Assembly (NCBI GenBank): GCA_030141605.1
Contig: JAQGDQ010000008.1
Location: 806,001-870,000, forward strand
Length of the DNA: 64,000 bases
Reading direction: 5' to 3'
Origin: Tubiluchus corallicola
Lineage: Eukaryota > Animalia > Priapulida
Shown here: in pieces, positions 12,917 to 26,800 of the stretch
Layout: each line of letters opens with the position of its first letter
How positions within the stretch are numbered: position 1 is the stretch's first letter
Notes under the pieces: generated by a model
Database searches by the model: none
Told to the model about the DNA's origin: nothing
Seen by the model: the letters and a program-made list of their open reading frames with translations, nothing else
Translations under genes and position numbers: made by a program

Positions 12917-15285
12917 CCTTGACCTTGAATGTGCCCATTTGACCTGTTAAGGTGCAGGATCTGTTATTATTTATACTTCGTTGTAAATTTGTAAAATTGT
13001 TGCTTAGTCTTCTGCGACATCTTGGTGATTATGGGTTCAAGTTGCGTGTTTTTAATAAGCCAAGCTGCAGAGTTATCATTGTGCCAAGTGTGCATGTGAC
13101 TATGGGTTATTGACTGATTCTGACTGATTTCATGGTAGTATGGTGTCACTGATTCTCACTGTTGATGTCTGAAATGTGTGGAGAAATGTTTTATTTGTAT
13201 TTGTGTGATCTCGCGTATTATTATGCAGTATTTACGTTGCAAAGATAACCAACCAATTTGTATCCACAAAGTGGGAATTGGTGTTTGCCAGCAGCATACA
13301 TGGCAACTTGTTCCATTCTGTGCCGTTAATGAAGTTCAGAGGTTGTGGGTTTTAACGTGCATTGTGATTTTGACAAGGTCTTGTGCGATTTGCGGACAAG
13401 TAAGGGAGCCATCAACGTTATAACTTTTTAATTGACTTCCTGCGGCGGGATCTGGGAACCTAGATGAGTCTACAGTATTGTGTTTCTTTTACAGCCCATG
13501 GTGAGATACTTGCAACTTCAGGAAGAAGTTTCTTCACAGTTTTATGTTGTAGGTGAAGATGGATAGAGTATGAAAAAAGTTATCATAGTAGTAGAGTTGC
13601 ACCCGTTTATCGTGGTGCTTTGAGAGCCTAAAAGCATAAAACAAGGCTCATTTGAGAGACTGTATCTCAATGAATGTGAAGCACCAAAGCACTCAAAACT
13701 GGCTTCAAACCTAATGATACCCATCTGCTAATGATGGCCATACTGAGCTAGTATTTTGACTTGTTGATAAAGTTTTCCTTTTTTCATACTTCAAAGTGCT
13801 TAGGTGAGTGGTCGTGGTAAGTGCTTAGTAACCGAAGTTAAATATCACTGAAGCAGGTCACTGACTCCCGGGTAACCAGTTGTTTTGGGCAGTTTTAGGT
13901 ACATTACTGACATGAATCTTCCATACATAGCTGAGACACATCTTTTGTTCAAAGTCTCATGTCACATGATTAGCCTTGAATCACACGGTCTTGCCGTCCG
14001 CATAAGTATCCATACTATATAGACCTGCTATAGTTCAGCAAGGTAATTACATATTCACGTGTTGATAGGGAAATCTTGTGGACCTATCAAAATAACATTC
14101 AGCATGTCACTTTTACTATCTTGTTTGCAAAAGTAACTTCTGGTCTTTGTCTTTAACAGGAATCTTTTTATATAAATTAGCACTCTGCAAGTAGCAGTTC
14201 TGCAACTCAGACACACTTATTTTAGTTGGTTGTGGCCGGGCCAGAATCCTGTTAAGGTGAGACACTGAACACACAGAGATGTTTCGGTCACATTGGGTGT
14301 TTAAATTCTGACGTTGTTTATTGTGATGCAGTTGTCTCATCATGGGTTGTCAAATTGTCATTAAGCTAATCAGAAACATTTTAAATTCAGTGCGCCAAAA
14401 TTAGTTTTTGGTTTTAACCACTTTTTAACTGTTTTGTTTTTTGTACCCAATTTGTTTCATGTTGTTGTGTCAGCATTAGTTACTCAGTAACCACTAGATG
14501 CTCAGCAGTTCTAGCAATCAATGCCAGTAGAAATTGTCAGCAGCATTACAGCAAATTGTTTTATAAATCACTTAAAGGGTGACTAAAGGTCATTTACTAC
14601 ATTGCAAATATAATAAGTTTAGTTGTCATTTCAACAGCGGGAATCATTTCTCATATATGTTACTTTTACAGGATCTGTTTCTAAACTGCACTGTATTTTG
14701 TATTCTTTTAATAACACTCGATTTTTGTACGTTGTTAGCTGTTCACCACATGCATATTTTTTTACGCAAGTTATTTTGTTGAACCTTGATAATAAAATGT
14801 CATAAGTGATACAGGCTACAATGAAAGTCTTTATCAAGCATGTTGGTGCAAATTCATGTACATTTTCTTCCTTGTTTAAAACCTGGGACAATACACGTAT
14901 CGATTCTTTAGCTAATGATTCAGATCTATGTATTCTTACGGATTTGCACTAGCAAAATAAAATTACTGTTAGGATATTGTCTGCAATTATATTTACCTTG
15001 CAAGGTTTAATATTGTTCTTTTGCAATTAATGTTTCTGGCGAACAGAAAGCAGCTATTATTTTTATGCTTAGCCGAATATTGAAATCGTATTTATCATGA
15101 AGGTTTCTAAAGAGCAGTACACTGCTTATGCAAAAGGTGAACTCCAAAAAAGTTCTTGTTGATGCAAACATACAAGTCTAGATATTTTCTGAAACATTTT
15201 TTTGCAACTGTTCTGTGATATCAAACAGAAATTTTTGATGTCGTGTCAGTGGTCAAAGTAGGAAATTATCGTGCCATGTTTATTC

Positions 15286-15366
15286 TGAGTGCCCAAATGC
15301 CTAAATTTTGTTGAGTGCCCAAATGCCTAAATTTTGTTGAGTGCCCAAATGTCTAAATTTTGTTGA
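15286..15366. repeat. 26-bp tandem repeat x3
   Basis: TGAGTGCCCAAATGCCTAAATTTTGT repeated three times with one mismatch. Confidence 0.95.
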
Positions 15367-16954
15367 AATTCTTGTGTGCCTATTTAGGTGTGCAACACAA
15401 ACTGCAGCATTACTGAATCGAAATGAATCGGTGTAAGTTTTTAGTGCAACTTTTGAGTGTTAGTGTTACCAAAAAATTGTTTTCACTGCAGCAGCTAAAA
15501 TTTCTAAATATATTATGCTGTTTTAATTAGTTAAAGATGTTGCAACTTTGAAATAATTTTCAAAAATTAGCAAGACACTTAGCCTGTTTATAAACATGCA
15601 ATTTATTACAAATTTGAGTATTCCTAAACTTATCAGTGCAATTTCAAGCTCTTTTGTGAATTTTTTTATAGCTCAGCATACATGATTGGTCTTCTTTAAA
15701 GCTTACGAATTTCTTACACTAGCTGTAGTGTTTTGTTATCACAGGGTTATTATTACTGTTATTTCATTAAAGTTTTCAGACTTGCTGCAAAAAATCAAGT
15801 GCAAGAAATCATAATTTTTGGTGTTGCCACATTTTCCAGACAAAAAAGCTGTGATAATACTCCAATATCTGTAAGAACAGATTAATATTCATATGAAATG
15901 TATTCAAAAAAAGAATAATTTCTTTTACAGAATTTGTTTTTTGAATATGTTTTGGAAAAATTAGTGAAGTTCTGAGAGTTTAGTGAGAAATAAAAGAAGT
16001 AAATGCTGACCTGCATAAGTAATAAAACTAAATTCGCTAGTTAGTTAGTTTTATCATTTGGATAGATTTATAAATGCATTATTTTACTGTGGGTGTAGCT
16101 GATTTGTTGTGTTTATTATCAGTGGCAGATAACTGAAATTTTCTTTATCAATATGCTTTTTGCTGCCTGTATTCACCTTACTTCATGTAATTGTCAGTTC
16201 AGTTAAGTTCATACATACTTCATTTCCAGTATGTGCATTAATTTGATATGTTAATTATCAACTTTTGCTTCAACTTTGTACTTGCAACTAATTTTGGTTT
16301 AATTCGTGTTGTCTCTGGGCATAAGAGTTAAAAGTTTTTGTAAAGATAAATCATTCTTGCAAAATAATGTGATCTGTAATTCTCAAATTGTAGTATTGTA
16401 AGTCAGATTCTAATATTGACTGATGCACTTTTTGGTCTATGTTTTATGACATCATTGTAGTGAGTATCCTGTCTTGCATTCAATTATGCATTGTTAGCAT
16501 GAGAAGTAACTATTTTTACATTGACACATGTATTGATGAATACACAAATAGCTCTTAGTTGTGATACAGAATACATAGTAATAGAGTGCATGTTGACAAA
16601 GTGCACTGAATACAATGCTATAGCATAACTTTATTCTCTGTCATTTAGACGATATTACTCAATACAGTGTGAGTCTCAAGAAATTCAAGTAGTTGAAGTA
16701 ATTTAATTTTAGTTACTTAATGCTTGCACTCAGTTCTATACAGTTTTGTATTGTATATATGAATTCGTATATATTGTTCTGTAGTTCAGTGTGTGCTTAA
16801 GCAATGACTAAATATTCAATTGCAATACATGTAGTTACATGTGATTGTTGGCCTAGGTGATATTTTTATGAAACAGGTCACGCTGTCGTTACTGCGTAAT
16901 GGCATCATTACACCATTATTGCTACCCGAAATTGAGCATTGTCATGATGTAATC

Positions 16955-17179
16955 AAAATTAACATTGCGACTATCTTTATGTGCTGCTCTCCTTTACTGC
17001 ATAATTCAATGTGACAGATTTCAAAATTCGCATTAAATTCAACGTTTTGTTCAAGAGCGGAATTATAAAATTAAACATTGCAACTATCCTTATGTGCTAC
17101 TCTCCTTTACTGCATAATTCAACGTGACAGATTTCAAAATTAGCATTAAATTCAACGTTTTGTTCAAGAGCGGAATTAT
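16955..17179. repeat. ~112-bp tandem duplication
   Basis: 16955-17066 and 17067-17179 are near-identical (AAAATTAACATTGC...TTCAAGAGCGGAATTAT). Confidence 0.95.
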
Positions 17180-19127
17180 TTTTGTTTATGGTAGTATGAA
17201 ATCTTGCCATAGCCAAATAATTGTCATCAGTTAGTGTAACTGAGATTTATAACTTGTGCTGCACCCTGGTTTTCGATTCTTTAATAAAATGCCTTGTACC
17301 CCAGTATTTAGGCTACACACTCACTGGATAAGAAAATGTTGTATGATATTTGTATGAAAATATCTGAAGCTTTGCAATAAAGCCATACTGAAATATGTTT
17401 GGCTCCTTAGTCGTGCTGTTACGTCGTTGATGTCAGTTTCATGTTTACCTTTTCATTACCAAGATGGCAGCACACTCTTATTCAGAGACGATGAAGTAGT
17501 GTTTTTCATTGGACTCCTGGAAGCAGTGTTGTCGTTTATATGATAGTTATCGAAACGTACAAAAATTTTGTGCCCTCATACTGCTCAAAAAGAACTATAT
17601 CATAATCGGTAATCATACGATAATTTAGTAATAAAAAATAAAACGAAAAGTGTGAAAAAATTGTGCAGTGAAAACAAGATTATTATTGCTAGCCAGTGGG
17701 AAGTAAATAAACTGATTTCATTATAGTCCAAAGGTGTTGGTCGCAATTTTCTGAAAAAAAAACAGTTTAACAAATTAACTATATGTAATTATTCAATAAG
17801 TTGCTGCAATAATTTTGGGTTTTGGGCAATTTGGCAAAAAATACAATTATTTTAGACTCCAACAGTACCATAATCAGCATCCTACAAAACAGCAGCCCTG
17901 CATGAGCAGCATGAGTAAACTTGTGAGTCTTAACTGTCACATTCTTTCTGAAAACTGCTACTCCCAATCGTCATTCAAGTTTGATGAGTGAAACCAAACT
18001 GTCATCCCGAGAGTTTAACTGTATTGCTTTGTTCTGTATCTGTAACAATCATTATCAGATTCTGACTACCTGTTATGTAATTGAAAGCTGTTCGTTATTT
18101 GTTAATTAGTTTTTTGCATCTGTAAAATTATGAATTTGTAATCTAAGTTTCATTTCAAGAAGTTGGTTCAGGCTGACTCCTCAATGCAATGTATAATATT
18201 GTTTTTTTAACTGCAATTTGCGTCTAAAGTTTTAGTTCATCGGGTCATCAGCAATTACACTGTTATGTGTGATTAATGTCATTTTGGAAAAAAATCTTCA
18301 AAAGTGTTTGTTACGATGTGTCAAGATGTTTCAGTTGTCTTCAAAAGTTTTAGTTATGATATGTCGAGACGAGTTTGTTTGAAATAACTGTATATTCATA
18401 CATTTGTAAACTGTCATTCGAGGGTTAGTTTCCAATAGGTTAGTGTTACATTTATCTCTGTATTAGATAGACATTGTTTTTTTGTGTATTTTGAAAACTG
18501 CAGTGCATTTTTAGTATTCAGCAGGGTCTTGAATGTGTTTTTCAGTCATTAGCATGTAAATATGCTCACTTTGTAGATTAATGCAAGGTGCAGTGGAGCT
18601 GAAGCGTATATATTGTCCGTGAAAAAAGTTGTTTGCTTGTTTGCCAGTCATATATTAGTGATAGGCTAGCTTCTGATTCTTGATTTTGATGCATAATCAG
18701 ACAGCATAGCCAAATTTGTAAATGTCTAGCTTCTAGTTTTTGATGTGAATTTGAAGTTTGAATGCACGCCTTTCTCTCATTTAAGATAATATTTAATACG
18801 AGTTTTACATATCTGTATATTTTTGTTGATTTAATGTTCTATAGAATGCTTTGATCTTGGTTTTTTGGGTGTTTTACCTTGTATTAATAATAATTATATT
18901 ATTAATGGGAATGGTATAGCCTATTGGTTTAGGAATGACTATTGCTTATTCAATGACTGGTTTTCTCATTATATAAGGTGTTTTAATACTGCATTATGGT
19001 TTAATAATTATTCATTTGCAATTAGTTATTATGTATTGTGACCATTGAAAGGGATACGTGTTCTTTTAATAATCCACCATAGGTGGTTAATATGATGACA
19101 TTATGTTACTAACTGTAAAAGCAGTGA

Positions 19128-19175
19128 AATAAAATACTGCAATATTTTAAGAATTCTTGTTTTTTTTTCGTTGTT
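19128..19175 (+). terminator. Candidate distal poly(A) signal of the AFF gene
   Basis: AATAAA at 19128-19133 followed ~20 nt later by a U/GU-rich tract TTCTTGTTTTTTTTTCGTTGTT. Several more proximal AATAAA hexamers also exist. Confidence 0.4.
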
Positions 19176-19350
19176 ACTAACCTCGAAAGACGTTTTAGTG
19201 ATTAACGGTGAAGAAACGGAATGTTTTCCGGCCTTGCATTTTTTGGAAATTGAACATGTTTAAGAAAAGCTCAACAATTATCACCAGGCAGGCTTATTTA
19301 CTGAGAAGAACCAAATGACTGGAATGACTGCATGTAGTAGCAGCTAACAG

Positions 19351-19947
<597 letters not shown>

Positions 19948-20540
19948 AAAGGTTCTTAGCTGATTGGTGAACTGGCATTTGAAAACTTTGGGCAAATTGT
20001 GACTTGTATTAATTGAACATAATCAACTAAGATTTTCCAGCAAGCTGTATGTTTAATAGAAAGATTGACATTTGTTGTAGAATTTCCAGTGCAAGAAATT
20101 GCAAAAGACGAAGATGCATTAAAATAGAAACTAACCTTTAACATCAATATTTTGACAGGAAAGTTATCAAGGCATGATTATTCTTTATGCATGTTTTCTC
20201 TCAATTTATTTACTGTGATATAACAAAGCAAGATAAGTTAGTGAAGAATAATAGTGTGATGTAATGTGAATTAACTAATACTCCATAATGCATATTGTAA
20301 CACAAAGTGATATAATAACTCAGCACAATTATACCGTTAGTAAAATAACATTGTAAGAACGTGTCATGCTAAGTTAACACAACATGCTTAGCGCGCTATA
20401 GGCTATGGCATAATGTCATGTAATTTAATACTATGCGACTAAATAAGTGTTTTGTGAAATAGAACCTAGTCATGTAAGTTTTATAGGTTCTATTACCATT
20501 ACTGCACGCCTTTAGCAGTTACAACTGTTTTTACACTTGC

Positions 20541-20580
20541 AAACCAAATCAAATCATATCATTTATTTTCATCCCTGGCG
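20541..20580 (-). mobile_element. Probable 3' tail of a degenerate LINE
   Basis: Revcomp reads ...GAAAATAAATGATATGATTTGATTTGGTTT: AATAAA followed by a short simple-repeat tail, typical of CR1/L2-group ends. Confidence 0.3.
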
Positions 20581-22297
20581 TAAAAATGAAACGTGTTAGT
20601 TCTACAAGTACATGTAATACAAAAAACATGCTGTCGTACTATAAATGCCATAATTTATAATTTTATATAAATATCTAATTATTTAATGGAATCCAGAAAA
20701 ATCCGTATGCTGATCAAAGTTATGATTGCCGTGAATAGTAACTGAACATCAACACTTTAGCTAAGTTAAATATAATTAATAAATAATTATATCCAACTTA
20801 AATAGTAATAGTTTATCAGTGTTTGACAGTCTGACACGATAAAAAGGTGTTCTTATAAACAATAGAAATTATCAATAATGTTAAGCTCTTTTACCGCGAT
20901 ATTTTTAAGTTTTTATAATTATCTGAAAAGCAAAATGACGTGATTAATAAATAATTTAGCCCGGAGGAAATTACCAGAGGTGTGAAATGTGGATCTCGAA
21001 GTAGCATTTCGTAAATACGGCTAAAATCGGCTAGCTATTTATGATTACGGGGGGGGGGGGAGGTATGGAAAGGGCTGGAAACAAAGGAAAAAGACATCCT
21101 TACCCTAACAAGTGGTTCCAGAAGTATTACGTGGAGTGTACTTACACCATTTCCATTTCAAGTGGAGCCAAAGTCAAATCAAATTGAGCCCTAGTCAAGT
21201 CAAATTTATAGCCATAGTGCAATAACAATTATACTCGCCTTGTCCAACACAATCACCAAGGTTTGCTCATTTGTTTGTGTGTCTGTTTGTTTTTTGTTTG
21301 TGAGTTTTTCTGTTTGTTTCTTTCTTATTGATTCCTTCACTCACTCGTCCTCCAATATAAGTAAGTTAATCAATTCCAAAACGTTATAAGGGTATAACTT
21401 GCGAATTTTATTAAAACAAATAAATTAACAATGTCCTCATTCCTAGGGCAATGTAACGTGGTTCCTTATGTCCGATTTTTGACTCCCGTGTGATTCTTGT
21501 ACTAAAGTTTATTTTTTGTTGCAAGTTAAGGACTGTGGCCCTTCAGTCCATTAAGGGCATTTTGGGGTGCCATACTGATCGAATAATATTGTGTCGAATA
21601 ATATTGTAAATCATCCTGAATATCGCAGGAAAGTGGTCTTTGCCATGCTGAATGCAAATCTACTTTTGGTTTCATGAGGATACAATACCATGTAAATTTT
21701 GGCTACCATTTATAAAGATGTAGGCTGGCAATATGCTATTTAGGATGTGCAGAAGGTCTCTTCACATAACATTGAAAGTTTGTAGTTTTAGCATTTAGAT
21801 ATCGATCTCTTTATGACCATTTAATGTCGCATAAATTAGCAAATAATAATAATTAGTGGTAAACAAAAAATATTTACTTCACATATTATTAGCATCAATA
21901 TTTATTTTCCGATATGCAATTACTTGCTACTAGGGAATTTTATTGGCGAGGAAAAAAGGAGAGATCAAATGTTTCTTTATGTTTGATATTTTTACATAAA
22001 ACAAACTGGTTGTGAAAAGGACCCGGGAAGTGAAAAGTTAGTTTACTAACTACACTTTAAGCAATGGCGGAAATATGACGAACTAATGACACAGTCTTAT
22101 CATTTGTGGGGTAAATGTCCCACCAGTTTTGCAGTAAAAAAATTCCAAGTCTGCTACCGTACGAAAATGTAAATAGGCTTGCAATGTAAAGATAAAATGT
22201 AACCGCCCGTTATAACGAAATTCATTATTACAAGATGGAAATTTTTACAGGTATTTTTCTATCAGAGGCGTCATTTTTCATGTTTTACCCTGTACCG

Positions 22298-22975
22298 AGG
22301 TAGAAATAGTTGATGATTACAAGTAACTTGGATGCTTTATAGAATTAACATTCTCTTCACATGTCTCTCATGTAGTCAGCAAGGCTAATAAGAAAATGTA
22401 TTTTTTCGAAAAATGAAAAATTTTAATGTTGATAACTCACTTACTATATTAATTATGTTTTATAAAACAACTATCTCTTCTGTTATGAACTATCGTAATA
22501 TGGCCCTTTTTCATATGCTTTCTAACTACCGTAAAATTGATTTAGACGAACAAAGAAGTAAGGTATTAGGCTCGTTGGTGAATAATGAACATCTGACCAC
22601 AGTGTCCTGTCTAATTGATATGTTACTGAAGATGTTAAAGAAAATTAATGCAGACAACTTTCATCCTCTACATGAAGAATCATAAAAAAGGGAAGATTAA
22701 ATGTACCCCTTTCAAAAGAAATCGCTTTAAATTTTCTTTTGTTCCCACTTCATTCAAAGCATTCCATACTAGTTAAACTCTAAACACTTTTCATTTTTTT
22801 CTTTTTTTATTTCAATTGTAACACTTAGATTTATGTGCACTGTGCACAATTGAATTTATTTTCACAGGTACGAATTTTTAGCGCTAATTCTTTTTACTAA
22901 ATCTGTGCAAAGCTGAAACGACAAATTTCGTGTATCTCGTATGTAGTATATATGACCAAAAAGATGTCTTTGTCT
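22298..22975 (+). mobile_element. 5'-truncated, degenerate non-LTR retrotransposon (Rex1/Babar-like RT C-terminus and 3' UTR)
   Basis: Interrupted frames give VEIVDDYK*LG, SKANKKMYF, KMKNFNVD...MFYKTTISSVMNY, KKINADNFHPLH and NRFKFSFVPTS, the typical RT thumb/C-terminal motifs of this clade. Confidence 0.75.
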
Positions 22976-22999
22976 AGGTGTATGTACATTAAAATCTGA

Positions 23000-23400
23000 T
23001 AGCCGGTTACTCGCCAGATTATCATGTTAAGATTTCATAATACGTTTCAGTAGTTTCAGCGGGTTCACCACGGCTTCTCCCCCCCCCCCCCCTGGGAGGC
23101 ACTTATCTTGAACTGCGCGTTCAGGCTAACGAGTTTTCTCGCCAAGTAAAGTGACGTTTATGTAGCATGCGAATACATTTTGGGGGTACGGAAGAGATCG
23201 GTTTAATTGTTTTCAATGCACCCGTTTATGCAGCCTGCGTATGCGTTATTTTTCTGTAACTATTCCTATTGATATTTTTCCGCAGCTAGTCCGCATATTG
23301 GAAAACGCATCCGAATGCTACATACACGCCTTTAACTGTGTCAGTTGCGTTGTGAAATCTTGCAAGCTACAGTAAACGTTTATTTTGTTTTTAGTTTCAC
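23000..23400 (+). promoter_or_regulatory. Putative PDE2A promoter region
   Basis: Locally CpG-enriched segment with a poly-C run, directly upstream of the first PDE2A coding exon. No TSS can be fixed from sequence. Confidence 0.35.
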
Positions 23401-23556
23401 TCAATAGATGGCACAACTGCATTTGGCTGTTTCAGGTTTTGTGATGTAGCCTCTACTGTAGCAGGTTGCACTGCTGTAGGGCAGAAGTTGCTGATTTTAT
23501 TTTTATTCATAATAAATAGCAGTAATTCATAGTTTTAATTTGCGTATTCATGGAAA

Positions 23557-23829
23557 ATGCTAGTGCTACATCATATGCTTGTGTCGGCATATTTGTATTT
23601 TCGAGATAGGGCAAGATTCCTGGCTGTACCTAGAAATGAACACGAAGTTGTTGCCCTTCCTGGACCCATAAACTTGAATGACGATGAGACTCCATCATCT
23701 ACCAAACGATTAGATCGTGAAAGGATTGGACGACCTGTGGCCAGCTGCTCATCTGACAAAGATACAATGCCTGCGGGTGAGAGTTCAAGTGGCAAGCAAC
23801 GCCGAATTTCTCGCAGTAGCCTAGCTCTG
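23557..23829 (+). CDS. PDE2A: PDE2A first coding exon, PDE2A2-like N-terminus
   Basis: ATG in AAAATGC context; [10 protein letters not shown] resembles MVLVLHHILIA; donor CTG|GTACAG (moderate), phase 0, fits the next exon. Confidence 0.7.
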
Positions 23830-26800
23830 GTACAGTATCAGTATGCTTCGTTACTTGGCATATTATATCTATATTATATAATTCCTACCCTAGCAAATGC
23901 TCACTCATAGTGAGAGTGACATAAAAAAGAGGCCTTTGTCGCAAGTTTTGATTTTTGTATACTTAAGAAGGTACACAAAATTTTAATGTATGTGCTGCCT
24001 TCAAAATAATTATTCACAATATAGGAAATACTGGGAATGAGACCTTTATGATCAGGCGTATATGACCACGGTTGATTCTGTGGACTGGCTTTGTGCTTGT
24101 TTATCGTTAGTTCGTTGTTGATGGTCACTGTTCCTGTTCTCTCGGATGGGAAATCACAAAAGGGTAAAAAGCAGGACGTTGTTATGATCTCTGCAGCTAG
24201 GCTATGTAGAGATGTTTTTGGAACTGTTTTAAACATTGTAAGAATATTAGACAAATTTGGAATAAATACGTGCAAGTTATTTCAGATTTGCTTATCTATT
24301 AGGCTTAGGTTACAAGAAAACCATACACAGTTTTAAACTATAGTTCAAAACATTCTACCCTGTTAAATATTGAAAAGGAACATGCAGTTTTTTTTGAAGA
24401 GTGACGTATGCAGAAGAATCATAACCACAAAAATGTACTTTCACGTTCGCGCGGCTATTTGTAGGCTGTTTCACCATTCGCTAGTTAGATGGGCATTCGC
24501 GCGGGCGTCTCGGAAAGGCAGTTGCGGTACGTCTCTGTTCAGAGCTGTGTCATGGTGCACATCCTCGAGTGTGAGCACAGCAGTAAACTTGAAATTTAAT
24601 TTTAATCTTAAAATTTGCCGAGTTTTTGTATATCAGACTGAATGTTGTATCGTAGCCTGTACTTTAATTTTTGCTTTTGCAAATACGTGCAACACGCTCA
24701 TGGAATATTTGTGCTGTTGAAAATTATGTGCGATTCTGATGTCGTTACTAATTGGGTTCGCTCGCCATTAACTAAATTTTTAACCTATTATTTAATTATT
24801 AGAAATACAATTATGAAATATATACTTTTACCGTACTGCAAAAGGGTAGGGTATGAAAAATCATCCTGTTTTCCTTTAATAGTCTCTCTAGGGAATAAAA
24901 AAATTATTTATTACTTTATTTGTACAACGAGTCCACTAACACAACACAATCACATAGTACATTAGTAATATTTACAAATGTAGTAAGTTAACAGGCCATG
25001 AAGCTTCTTACACAAAAACAGCTCTACCGAATGAAATACATTGCAGTTACTGTAGTGCCCTTGTGTTTAAATTAGTAATTGAACAGCATAAATGTCAGTA
25101 TTTGTATAAATTTGTTTTCTACAGACAAATTTAATTTATTTACTTGTTCACCTGCAGGAACCATTATGTCCTGCACAGGTTTCCAGGTCCGTGAAATTTG
25201 CACACACGCACGATCATTTTACAATTTGATTTTTGTACATTAAACAGATACAGCATATTCATAGTTCAAATCACAAGTTTGTGCAGCAAGACTATGCGAT
25301 GACGCCATTCGCATTTTAAAAGGAATTGCTGAAGGACAGTGTGAGGTGGAAATAAATGGAAGCCTGCCATATTTAAAATTGGGTCAACACATTCTTTCTG
25401 AAATAACTGTTAGCCAACTGTTTGGTTTGGTTTGACCATATAAGGCAGCTGTATTTTTATACTATTTATTTCACAGTTGTAATTTGTTGTTACATGTTTA
25501 CTTTTGAAAAGTCATCAATAGCTGTTTAAAAGGATTTAGCAATTAATTCAAAAGTTTTTTTATCAAGCTTACTTGGGTTCGAATTTATTAATTAGTAAGT
25601 TTTCACATTTTAGATGATGTTTTGAAATTTTGCTTGAGTATTTTGAAACTCAGAACCAGACTTAAGCATTGGGGATTTCTCAGTTTTATTGGCTGTAAGA
25701 GTAACTTTTCTCTGTAATTTAGGCCAGAGTGATACAAACTACTGGCAATTAGATAAGTTAAGAGGTGTTGCCACTGTTGTGTTTTTATTTCTTTAAGTTA
25801 TGTATATCACTCACAATTTTTGATGAATTTTACTTTTTTATATTTTATTGTATTCACACTAAATAACAGCAAATACACACTAAATAAAGAACTCTAAAGA
25901 ACACAAAGAAGTTTAGGTTCCCTGTTAAATTCACAGTTGGCAACAAAAGTTTAAAATGAACAAATTCAATAAAAATGCGTAAGAAATTCACTTTACATGA
26001 GAGCAAATCAAGACAGGCTCCTGGCTAGCACATGTTTGAAGTATTTAGAGAGAAAGAAGAGAGAGAGAGCATAATCTTCCCAGCCTGCAAATCATGCAAA
26101 TCACATATTTACACTAGCAATCAGAATGGGGATATTTTTTTTTAATATAATTAATTTTCATAGCATGATTGTAGTTCATGGTAAGTATGGATAACAGTTT
26201 TTTGGTTAATAAAACATGGATTTTGTGATTTATTTACAGTACTGTAATGTAAACAATTATGCACATATGTTACAGGAGGCGGTTCTTCAGCTAGCAAGTG
26301 TGGGTGATTTTAGTTCATTGCGAAACACAGTCAAGGAGGCAGTGGTATCACTAATGCCTGATGTGGTATGTAGCTTATGAACGGTCTTTTATGTACTTTT
26401 GCTTGATAAACCTTTTTGGTTCTTGTAATGCTAGGCTCTACCAAAATTTATTTTCCTGTTAATTTATAATGTATGTTGTCATTGTTGTGCTATGTTAGTT
26501 ACTGTAAGGCACTCAAATGTGAATTGTAAAACCTTTCGTCGATACAGCTTTTAAGAACGTAGCAAACTCGAACATGACGCAGCGTGTTAGAATTGTTAAT
26601 CCTCCGGTAGTAATCCGGAATTGTCCAGAGCCTTTCGTGTTACTCAGACTTGGAACATGTAGTTAGCGCTAGAATATTGATTGGTGGCAGCAATTTCAAT
26701 CATAGAAGATTAAGGTCTGCTTGTGCTGTCAACAATGCTGATTATATTGTTTCTTCACAATGCCAGCAAGTTAATTAGCTAAATATTAAACGACGAAACG

